In this document: positions 18,263-26,072 of the stretch, piece after piece
Position numbering within the stretch: position 1 is the stretch's first letter
Layout: every line of letters starts with the position of its first letter
Assembly: GCA_050174575.1 (NCBI GenBank)
Contig: JBFXJT010000007.1
Span: 6,648 to 70,647, forward strand
Reading direction: 5' to 3'
Origin: Bacilli bacterium
GTDB lineage: Bacteria > Bacillota_I > Bacilli_A > ML615J-28 > CAG-698
DNA: 64,000 nt
Translations under genes and position numbers: made by a program
The notes under the pieces: generated by a model
Told to the model about the DNA's origin: nothing
The model's database searches: none
What the model saw: only the letters and a program-made list of their open reading frames with translations

Positions 18263-19303
18263 TTACTCCTTCGGTTGATATCTTTTTACAAATAGATCAT
18301 AAAGCGGTTTTGATTCCCTTAAAAGGCTCAAGGTTAAATCGGCGTGTCCCGGAGTATAACCGTTACCGATAATCATGGTAGCTTCACTGGCAATGCCTTC
18401 AGCACCTAAAGCAGCTTTTGTGAAAGAAGTTGCCATACTGAAGAAATAAACAATACCGCTTGGTTTGGTTGCTAAAATCGATGTCATTTCTGTATTTGGA
18501 ACATTAACGACATTAATTGTGACATCAACTTGTTGATTATTATTGACTCGCATGATTTCTTGATAGACTGCCATCGGATCTCTAGCATCTGCTACAATGA
18601 TTTCGTCACAGACTCCGAGTGATTGCAAATCTTCAAGTTTATTGGTATTACTTATTAGCGCTATGATTTTGCCATTTGGACCGGCGTTCTTGTGAGCTTG
18701 ATAGCAGCATAATACACCACTTTTACCAGCTGCCCCTAGCACCAAAACAGTATTGTTAGGTTTAACCAATTTTTCAACTTGTGCAGGTGCACCAGCAACA
18801 TCTAAAGCAGATAATACTAAATGTTCACTTAAGTCATTGGGGATTTTCGCATAAATGCCCGTAGCAAATAAGATTGCTTCTGCTTCAACATCAACTTGAT
18901 CTTTATGCAAATGAATTTGTTTGATCGCTTTTATTTTTAATGGTGTTAGTGATAAAGAAACTAAAGTCACAATTTTATCACCAATTTTTAAATCGCATTT
19001 TAAGTCTTTTCCTATTTGTTTAATAACACCTAAAAGCATTCCCCCACTACCTGTTACAGGGTTTTGCATTTTTCCGCGTTTATTGACAATATCCATAATC
19101 ATCGTTTTCATGGCTTCCACATCACTATTAGTTGCTTGTTTAATTTGGGTAAAAGATGCGGAATCGATATTTAATGTTTTTACATCAATTAAAATTTCAT
19201 TGTCTTGGCAAATCATCGTATTATCTAATTGATCTGCAGCTTGAGGGAGAACACCTACCGGACTAATGACACGGTGAGTTCCATAAGGGCATGGCTTTTT
19301 CAT
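18263..19303 (-). CDS. kdd: L-erythro-3,5-diaminohexanoate dehydrogenase
   Basis: 346 aa. Rossmann motif VLVLGAAGKSG. Sits between kce and kamA as in known lysine fermentation clusters. Confidence 0.8.
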   Translation of the reverse strand: MKKPCPYGTHRVISPVGVLPQAADQLDNTMICQDNEILIDVKTLNIDSASFTQIKQATNSDVEAMKTMIMDIVNKRGKMQNPVTGSGGMLLGVIKQIGKDLKCDLKIGDKIVTLVSLSLTPLKIKAIKQIHLHKDQVDVEAEAILFATGIYAKIPNDLSEHLVLSALDVAGAPAQVEKLVKPNNTVLVLGAAGKSGVLCCYQAHKNAGPNGKIIALISNTNKLEDLQSLGVCDEIIVADARDPMAVYQEIMRVNNNQQVDVTINVVNVPNTEMTSILATKPSGIVYFFSMATSFTKAALGAEGIASEATMIIGNGYTPGHADLTLSLLRESKPLYDLFVKRYQPKE

Positions 19304-20127
19304 ATTTTCTTCTCCATTCTTAATATTTTTCTAGTTTCTTCGGGATTGGCAATTTCCCGATTGTATTTTTTTGCAATTTGAACGACTTTCGCTACTAAAG
19401 CGGCATTCGATGGAGCTAATACTCCTTTGTCAATGTAAATATTGTCTTCTAAACCAACGCGAACATGACCACCATGCATAATGGAAAGTTCTGCAAGGGA
19501 AAATTCAAAACGACCGATTCCGGCAACACTATATGTCGCATCATTTGGAATGCTGTCCTTTAAAAACAGAAAATCCCGTTCTTCTCCAGTCATTCCACCG
19601 TTAACTCCTAAAACAAAACTAAAATGGTAGGGTGGATTAATAAAGCCTTTTTTCGCAAGTCTTTGTATCATATCAATATGACCTTTTTCAAAGCATTCAA
19701 GTTCTTTATAAATATGACGACTTTCCAAAACATTGGCAAAATACTTAATATCGTTTTCTGTATTAACAAAAATATCATCACCACCAAAGTTTAATGTTCC
19801 ACAATCAAGCGTCGCCATTTCAGGATTTAGAGTAACCGGACCTAAACGCTCATCACGGCTCATGCCAACGGCTCCTCCAGTTGATACTTGAACGATGACA
19901 TCGGGACATTTAGCTTTGATTGCTGTAATGATTTCTTTAAAACGTTTGGCATCTTGCGTCGGCGTTCCATCATCAAAACGGGCATGCAAGTGAATGATTG
20001 ATGCTTTCGCCAAATAAGCCTGATAAGCACTTTCAGCCATCTCTGAAACAGTATAGGGAACATTGGGATTATGGTCTTTAGTAACTTCCGCACCAGAAAT
20101 AGCACAAGTAATGATTAATTTTTCCAT
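19300..20127 (-). CDS. kce: 3-keto-5-aminohexanoate cleavage enzyme (BKACE/DUF849 family)
   Basis: Start moved to ATG 20127 ([25 protein letters not shown] upstream). The track start at 20160 would be an 11-aa extension inside kal. TIM-barrel BKACE features ...[11 protein letters not shown]... Confidence 0.85.
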   Translation of the reverse strand: MEKLIITCAISGAEVTKDHNPNVPYTVSEMAESAYQAYLAKASIIHLHARFDDGTPTQDAKRFKEIITAIKAKCPDVIVQVSTGGAVGMSRDERLGPVTLNPEMATLDCGTLNFGGDDIFVNTENDIKYFANVLESRHIYKELECFEKGHIDMIQRLAKKGFINPPYHFSFVLGVNGGMTGEERDFLFLKDSIPNDATYSVAGIGRFEFSLAELSIMHGGHVRVGLEDNIYIDKGVLAPSNAALVAKVVQIAKKYNREIANPEETRKILRMEKKI

Positions 20128-20507
20128 GTTTTCCTCTGAAGAGCTTTTGGTACAACACAAGTACCCTTTGCAGAAGCAACCAAAATTGGTTCATCTAAAA
20201 AATCAGCTGCTGAAGGAACAATATTTGGTTTAGCTTCGATTACTTTGTAACATGCAAAAGTCATTTTTCTTGAAGTGTTTCCCACTTCAACAATTTCACC
20301 ATGCACTTCCAAAAAGTCACCAGCATAAACCGGAGCCAAAAAATCTACTTGCTCGTAAGCCCGAAATAATCCTTCATCTCCATCATGGCGAATGAGCAAT
20401 TCTGTCGCAACATCGCCAAATAAAGCTAAGATTCGAGCTCCATCCACAAGATTTCCTCCATAATGGGCATCGCTTAAGGACATTCGTAAACGGATTATTG
20501 TTTTCAT
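20115..20507 (-). CDS. kal: 3-aminobutyryl-CoA ammonia-lyase (hot-dog fold)
   Basis: 130 aa small hot-dog protein between the CoA-transferase genes and kce, matching the size and position of Kal. Confidence 0.7.
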   Translation of the reverse strand: MKTIIRLRMSLSDAHYGGNLVDGARILALFGDVATELLIRHDGDEGLFRAYEQVDFLAPVYAGDFLEVHGEIVEVGNTSRKMTFACYKVIEAKPNIVPSAADFLDEPILVASAKGTCVVPKALQRKTWKN

Positions 20508-21151
20508 ATTGAAACTCCTTTCATTGGCAATACTTGATCAATAATTAAAGTTGCTTCAGTTACAGCGACAACTTCATCAATCGAATAATTAGGATGAACT
20601 TCTAATAGATGTAACCCATCGTCACGAACCTCCATAACGGCCATTTCTGTAACGATTAAGTTAGCTTGTTTATAAGCAGTAAGTGGTAAAACACAACGTT
20701 TTAATATTTTTGATTTTCCATTATTTGTATGTTGCATCGCAATAATAACCTTTTTAGCACCAACAACCAAATCCATGGCACCACCCATTCCCGGAACTTT
20801 CTTTCCTGGAATAATCCATGAAGCAAGGCTACCTTCTTCATCAACTTCAAGAGCACCTAGGACAGTGACATCAACATGACCACCACGAATAAACATAAAG
20901 GAAGTTGCAGAATCAATAAACGATCCTCCCGGCATAATCGTTGCTTTCATTCCTCCGGCATTAACGATATCACTTTGTTCTTCTGTTAATGGGCCAATAC
21001 CAATTATTCCATTTTCTGATTGTAAAATGACATGTTTGGTCGGAGGAATAAAATTTGCCACTAAAGTAGGAGTACCAATACCCAAATTGACAATATCGCC
21101 ATCTTTAAGTTCTAAAGCTATTCGACTAGCAATAATAAACTTTTCGTCCAT
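20504..21151 (-). CDS. atoA: 3-oxoacid/acetoacetate CoA-transferase subunit B
   Basis: 215 aa. Catalytic-Glu motif [12 protein letters not shown]. Confidence 0.9.
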   Translation of the reverse strand: MDEKFIIASRIALELKDGDIVNLGIGTPTLVANFIPPTKHVILQSENGIIGIGPLTEEQSDIVNAGGMKATIMPGGSFIDSATSFMFIRGGHVDVTVLGALEVDEEGSLASWIIPGKKVPGMGGAMDLVVGAKKVIIAMQHTNNGKSKILKRCVLPLTAYKQANLIVTEMAVMEVRDDGLHLLEVHPNYSIDEVVAVTEATLIIDQVLPMKGVSI

Positions 21152-21798
21152 TATTCCACCTCCATAACGATGTAATCAACTAACGGAAAAGGTGTAATGA
21201 CTGCTTCAGGATCTATTTCTTCAAGTTTTTGCTGGCATACAGCAATCACTAATGATGCAGCTGTAGCCATGATTGGATTAAAATTACGCATTGTTTTGCG
21301 ATATGCAAGATTTCCATATCGATCGCAAATCGCTCCACCAATTAAAGCTAAGTCAGCAAATAACGGTTCTTCTAGCAAATAATCAATCCCTTGAACCTGG
21401 ATTACTCTTTTCCCTTCTTGAACAATTGTTTTTAGTCCAGTTGGGGTCAAAACACCACCTAGTCCCGCACCTGCAGCACGGATTTGTTCGACCAATGTCC
21501 CTTGAGGAACTAAAACAACTTCTAGTTTACCTTCTTGCATCAACTTCCCGACAGTTGGATTTGTTCCAATATGGGATGCAATCAATTTTTTAACCCGATT
21601 AGCAACAATCAATTTTCCAACTCCTCGGTCTTCAAATCCTCCGTCATTACAAATGATTGTAAAATCGGTAAAACTTGTTTCTAAAATTAAATCAATTAAG
21701 TAATCAGGACTTCCGTTTGCTAAAAAACCACCAACCATAATCGTCATGCCGGATTTAAGGTGACTTTTAAAATTTTCCTTACAAATAAAACCTCGCAT
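21151..21798 (-). CDS. atoD: 3-oxoacid/acetoacetate CoA-transferase subunit A
   Basis: 215 aa. [16 protein letters not shown] and ...IGTNP... typical of the A subunit. TAATG junction with atoA. Confidence 0.9.
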   Translation of the reverse strand: MRGFICKENFKSHLKSGMTIMVGGFLANGSPDYLIDLILETSFTDFTIICNDGGFEDRGVGKLIVANRVKKLIASHIGTNPTVGKLMQEGKLEVVLVPQGTLVEQIRAAGAGLGGVLTPTGLKTIVQEGKRVIQVQGIDYLLEEPLFADLALIGGAICDRYGNLAYRKTMRNFNPIMATAASLVIAVCQQKLEEIDPEAVITPFPLVDYIVMEVE

Positions 21799-21807
21799 AT
21801 TTCCTCC

Positions 21808-22224
21808 TTACTTAGGGGGCATAATAGTCGCTTCACCGACTATCACCACTTCGTTTTTGTCGTTTTTTGCAACGCAATCAAAAACAACACGATTTTTTTC
21901 CATAATGATTTCTTTTACAGTCACAAAAGCCGTTATTGTATCATTCAAATAAACTGGCTTAATAAACTTTAAACTTTGGAAAGTATAGATACTTCCTAAA
22001 CCAGGTAATTCAGTACCTAAGATGGCACTAAAAAGAGAGCCAACAAGCATACCATGAACTATCCTCGTTTTAAAAATCGTTGTTTTTGCATAATCTTCAT
22101 TTACATGAGCGGGGTTAAAGTCACCAGAAACTGAGGCAAAATTGTTAACATCAGTTTCTGTAAAACTCTTTGTTATTGAACTTGTTTGTCCAATAAACAA
22201 TTCGTTAATTGTCAATTTTTTCAA
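21808..22224 (-). CDS. MaoC-like (R)-specific enoyl-CoA hydratase/dehydratase
   Basis: Hydratase-2 motif FASVSGDFNPAHV. Start reassigned to in-frame TTG 22224 (MKKLTINELFIGQ), 7 nt after AAAGGAG. The track's 39-aa N-terminal extension runs through the riboswitch terminator. Confidence 0.8.
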   Translation of the reverse strand: MKKLTINELFIGQTSSITKSFTETDVNNFASVSGDFNPAHVNEDYAKTTIFKTRIVHGMLVGSLFSAILGTELPGLGSIYTFQSLKFIKPVYLNDTITAFVTVKEIIMEKNRVVFDCVAKNDKNEVVIVGEATIMPPK

Positions 22225-22241
22225 GAAATAACTCCTTTCAT

Positions 22242-22273
22242 AAAAAAAGCTGTTGTCTTTTAAAGACAACAGC
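22242..22273 (-). terminator. riboswitch-controlled intrinsic terminator
   Basis: Minus strand reads GCTGTTGTCT-TTAAA-AGACAACAGC, a perfect 10-bp stem, followed by TTTTTTT. Confidence 0.85.
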
Positions 22274-22435
22274 GCTCCATTTCCCAAATGGCAGTGGATA
22301 AGGCATTCCTTGTCCACCAAGACTTTAATGAATGAACTCATTAAATCTTTCGGCGATATTTCCCTTTATTTGTCACATTGGGAGTTCATTCCCTTAGCAT
22401 TGACAAATTACCCTAAATAACGCACCTCTGTGTAT
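22266..22435 (-). promoter_or_regulatory. lysine riboswitch (L-box) aptamer
   Basis: Minus-strand RNA: ATACACAG AGGTGCG...AGGGTA ATTTGTCA...TGACAAAT AAAGGGAAATATCGCCGAAAG ATTTAATGA...TCATTAAAGTCT TGGTGGACAAGGAATGCCTTATCCAC TGCCATTTGGGAAATGG AGCG CTGTTGT. Conserved L-box blocks and five-helix layout recognised by eye. Confidence 0.85.
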
Positions 22436-22446
22436 TAACTAATACT

Positions 22447-22475
22447 ATTATACCGAAACAAAAATGGCTTGTCAA
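22447..22475 (-). promoter_or_regulatory. consensus sigma-A promoter of the lysine operon
   Basis: On the minus strand: TTGACA (22470-22475), 17 nt, TATAAT (22447-22452). Confidence 0.75.
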
Positions 22476-22492
22476 GAGCCACAAAGTTAAAC

Positions 22493-22515
22493 AAAAAAAC
22501 ACTCCAATTGGAGTG
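22493..22515 (-). terminator. intrinsic terminator after the PAS-GGDEF-hemerythrin gene
   Basis: Minus strand reads CACTCC-AATT-GGAGTG followed by TTTTTTTG, directly after the stop codon. Confidence 0.7.
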
Positions 22516-22516
22516 C

Positions 22517-24157
22517 TTAATCGTTTTGTTTGGTAAGATAGAAATATTTAGTATCCGCTTCAGCCATATGACCAACAATAAAATTATCTACTAAAAACGA
22601 TGCTAAAACGATACTTTTTATTTCACCATTTTGATATTTCTTTTTCATATCATTTGCTTTTAAAATAATGTCGCGATGCAGAGCACAATGTTCATCATAA
22701 TTAGGATAATCTAAATTATACATTACTTTTTCTTCAAAATAAAAATGTTGAGAAATGTGTTTGATGATTTTTTCAATTTGATTGATAATTTTTTCATAGG
22801 GAACATTTGTTTGAAACATAAAAATTAAGTTGTTTCCCAATTCAATAATCTCTCGATGTTGATTATCTATATCAACATTGCCACTACTCCATTCATTATG
22901 CCATTCAAAATACGGTGAAGTTGATAAAGATTCCATGGAGAGGCTCTCTGAAGAGCTTGCCACACGGTTACGTCCCTGTTCTTTTGCACAGTACATTGCA
23001 TCATCCGTACGTTTATACCAACTTCTTAATGACTCGTTAGGAATCATTTGGGCAACACCAAAACTTGCCGTTAATTTGGAAATAATGGGAAACCTGAAAC
23101 CTGCAACAGCAATTCGAATTTTATCAGCAACTTTTACAGCATCTTCCACTTTTGTATCTGGCAATACGATAACAAATTCTTCGCCTCCAAGACGAGACAA
23201 ATAGTCTGTTTTTCTAATTGATGATTTTAACAGTTGGGAAAAACTTACTAAAATATCATCACCAACAGGATGGCCCCAAGTATCATTTACAAATTTAAAA
23301 TGATCAATATCAGCAATAATCATTGATAAAGGCAAAGCTGTATTGTTGGCTTTTTCCATTGTTTCATTAGTAATTTTATGAAAGAAGTGACGATTGTAAA
23401 GTCCGGTAAGGTTATCAATTGTCATTTCAAATTCAAGACGGTTAGCTAATTCTACTGTTTTAGTGATATCGCGTGCAGACGCATAAATAAATCTTCCAAA
23501 TTGTTTTGCCCGCCACTCTAAAAAATGATATTGTCCATTTTTATCTTTATAACGATTAACAAAATTATTAATTTCTTCACCCTTAAGTAAATTTTTCATC
23601 ACTTCTCTTGTAGAAGAAATATCTTCCTCATGCATAAATTCAAAAAAAGTACGGGTTGTTAAATCAGCAAAGTTGGCTCCAACTAGGTTTTCAAAATAAT
23701 CATTTGTTTTAATAAAATGACCATCCATATCTGAGACCACTAAAAGGTCAAGGTTAACATCGATTAATCCTTTTAATAATTCCTCTTCTTTCATGGTTTT
23801 AGTGATATCTTCATAAAAGCAACCAAAGTGATGACAATCAATGGGAAAGATGGTTGCTTTAACCCATGAATGATTAATAGGTAAAAAGCAATTGCATGTT
23901 TTAACCTCTTTTTGATTTACTGCTTTCCTAAAGTTTTGATACCATTCATTGTTAAAATGATTATTAACATTTGCTGTTGATAAATAACTTTTTCCTATTA
24001 ATGCTTCTTTTGGAAGTGGAATAAACCGTTCAAACGCTTCGTTTACTCCGGAAAAATAGTAGTCAACAGGTTCTTGTTTTTCGTTAAAGATAATTTCATG
24101 AAAAGAACAAGGAATAGGAGATTCTTTAAAAAAGTCTAAAAAATTACAGTTATTCAT
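22517..24157 (-). CDS. PAS-PAS-GGDEF diguanylate cyclase with C-terminal hemerythrin-like domain
   Basis: 546 aa. GGDEF domain: LTGLYNRHFF, DIDHFKFVNDTWGHPVGD, RLGGEEFVIV. C-terminal approx 130 aa carry bacteriohemerythrin ligand motifs: IDNQHREII, HFYFEEKVM, DEHCALHRDI, VGHMAEADTKY. Confidence 0.85.
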   Translation of the reverse strand: MNNCNFLDFFKESPIPCSFHEIIFNEKQEPVDYYFSGVNEAFERFIPLPKEALIGKSYLSTANVNNHFNNEWYQNFRKAVNQKEVKTCNCFLPINHSWVKATIFPIDCHHFGCFYEDITKTMKEEELLKGLIDVNLDLLVVSDMDGHFIKTNDYFENLVGANFADLTTRTFFEFMHEEDISSTREVMKNLLKGEEINNFVNRYKDKNGQYHFLEWRAKQFGRFIYASARDITKTVELANRLEFEMTIDNLTGLYNRHFFHKITNETMEKANNTALPLSMIIADIDHFKFVNDTWGHPVGDDILVSFSQLLKSSIRKTDYLSRLGGEEFVIVLPDTKVEDAVKVADKIRIAVAGFRFPIISKLTASFGVAQMIPNESLRSWYKRTDDAMYCAKEQGRNRVASSSESLSMESLSTSPYFEWHNEWSSGNVDIDNQHREIIELGNNLIFMFQTNVPYEKIINQIEKIIKHISQHFYFEEKVMYNLDYPNYDEHCALHRDIILKANDMKKKYQNGEIKSIVLASFLVDNFIVGHMAEADTKYFYLTKQND

Positions 24158-24168
24158 ACTTTGCCCCT

Positions 24169-25011
24169 CTATTTACTTAGTATTTGTTTGACATAATTAG
24201 GCAATACCAAGGAAGCTTGGTGAATAGAAAAATTATAATACTTTAAATTTAATGAGTCAATAAAGGATTGACTTCCCTTAATAATCTGAGGATTTTCTGT
24301 ATTAGAAGCAAATCCAAACAACCAATGGCCGCTTGGATAAGTGGGGATGAATGCTTGGTATACTGTTGCTGTGTGAAAAATCTCTCTAAGTTTTTCATGT
24401 GCTCGTAACATTTCTTGGCGCGTTTTTTCAAAGTAGGGACTTTCGTGCTGATTAACAAGAATTCCATTCGGCTTTAAAATGTTAGCACAATTTTTGTAAA
24501 ATTCACGGCTGAACAATCCTTCGCCTGGTCCTATGGGATCAGTCGAATCGATTACAATTAAATCATAAGTCTCGTGTGTTTGCTTAACAAATGCACTTCC
24601 ATCTGTAAATATTAATTTTACTCGAGGATCCGTTAATTTTGCTGCTGTTTGTGGCAGCAGCTCTTGGCATTTACGAACAACTATTTCATCAATTTCCACC
24701 ATAGTAATGGACTTGATAGTTGGGTATTTGCATAATTCTCGGACTGAACCACCATCACCACCACCAATCACCAATACATTGGAAATGGATGGGTTAACTG
24801 ACAAAGGAAAATGAATCATCATTTCATGATAAATAAATTCGTCTTTTTCGTTGGCCATCATGATGTCATCAAGAGTAAAAAAACGCCCCAATTCATAAGA
24901 ATCATAAAAATCTATTTTTTGGAAGGGGGTCTTTTGAGAAAATAAATGCTCTTTTATTTTTATCGAAAACTGAATATTATCCGTCCAGTATTCACTAAAC
25001 CATTTATCCAT
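24169..25011 (-). CDS. speE: spermidine synthase (polyamine aminopropyltransferase)
   Basis: 280 aa. VLVIGGGDGGSVRE and ...DSTDPIGPGEGLF. Confidence 0.9.
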   Translation of the reverse strand: MDKWFSEYWTDNIQFSIKIKEHLFSQKTPFQKIDFYDSYELGRFFTLDDIMMANEKDEFIYHEMMIHFPLSVNPSISNVLVIGGGDGGSVRELCKYPTIKSITMVEIDEIVVRKCQELLPQTAAKLTDPRVKLIFTDGSAFVKQTHETYDLIVIDSTDPIGPGEGLFSREFYKNCANILKPNGILVNQHESPYFEKTRQEMLRAHEKLREIFHTATVYQAFIPTYPSGHWLFGFASNTENPQIIKGSQSFIDSLNLKYYNFSIHQASLVLPNYVKQILSK

Positions 25012-25814
25012 TATTTCTCCAACTTCATTCGCGGAATATTCATTCCATAAAATATTTCTGCCATTTCAGCGTTAATTTCTTGTCTGATTTTCGCAACTTC
25101 TTCTTCTGTCAAATCCGTACTTTTGATATTGAATAAATAATTATCTAATATAAGGGTATTTAGCATCATTTTTGTGTGAAAAATATTGGTATAAGCCAAA
25201 TTCACATCGTAAGTTGTATACTTTGATAAAACCTCATCGGGGATAAAGTCTTGAATAGAATCAATGTCATGATCAAGGAAATGCTTTTCACCGTTTAAAT
25301 CTCTAGTAAACCCACGAATGCGATAATCAATTGTAATTATATCCGAGTCAAATTGATTAATTAAGTAATTTAATGTTTTTAATGGAGAAATTTCTCCACA
25401 TGTGGAAACATCAATATCAACTCGAAAAGTACTGATGGGACTGCCGGGATAACTTTCAGGATATGTATGAACAGTCAAATGACTTTTATCTAAATGGCCA
25501 ACAACGGATTCTTTTGCGGGAATTTCGACTTGTTCGTTTTTCCCATGATACTCGGAAATTAAAACAGTAACGCTTGCCCCTTGGGGTTCATAATCTTGGG
25601 TCGCTACGTTTAAAATCTTCGCATCAATCATTTTAGTAACTTCGGTTAAAATCTTTTTTAAGCGGGTACTATTGTACTGCTCATTGATATATTCAATATA
25701 AGCTTTTCTTTCAAGGTCATCTCTAGTATAGCAAATATCATATATATTAAAACTCAATGTTTTTGTAAGATTGTTAAAACCATAAAGTTTTATTGGATGA
25801 CGTTTTCTTACCAT
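25011..25814 (-). CDS. speD: S-adenosylmethionine decarboxylase proenzyme, long E. coli-type form
   Basis: 267 aa. LYGFNNLTKTLSFNIYDICY, DYEPQGASVTVLISE and the processing site HLDKSHLTVHTYPE closely parallel enterobacterial SpeD. Confidence 0.9.
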   Translation of the reverse strand: MVRKRHPIKLYGFNNLTKTLSFNIYDICYTRDDLERKAYIEYINEQYNSTRLKKILTEVTKMIDAKILNVATQDYEPQGASVTVLISEYHGKNEQVEIPAKESVVGHLDKSHLTVHTYPESYPGSPISTFRVDIDVSTCGEISPLKTLNYLINQFDSDIITIDYRIRGFTRDLNGEKHFLDHDIDSIQDFIPDEVLSKYTTYDVNLAYTNIFHTKMMLNTLILDNYLFNIKSTDLTEEEVAKIRQEINAEMAEIFYGMNIPRMKLEK

Positions 25815-25864
25815 TTTTGGGCCTCCTAAAAAAGAAAAGTAATTTTCTACAATTTACTTATCAT

Positions 25865-25893
25865 ATTATAATATAGTTGTCTCCTTTTTTCAA
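25865..25893 (-). promoter_or_regulatory. promoter of the speD-speE-DGC operon
   Basis: On the minus strand: TTGAAA (25888-25893), 17 nt, TATAAT (25865-25870). Confidence 0.55.
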
Positions 25894-26072
25894 CATTAAT
25901 AATCAGGAATCTATTTATTAATTTTTATGATCAAAATTTAATTTCTCAAATCATTTATAAAAGAACGTTTTTTCTTTCTTTAATTTTATATGTTTTTTTG
26001 CTATAATAAATTAAGAAAAACTGGCAAAAGCTATTTTAAAATTGTTATATAAATATAGAAAGGAGAAGAAAC

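Noticed and set aside
22225-22341. 39-aa N-terminal extension of the MaoC ORF (MSSFIKVLVDKECLIHCHLGNG...)
   Set aside because: This stretch is the 3' half of the lysine riboswitch plus its terminator. A TTG with a well-spaced AAAGGAG lies downstream at 22224.
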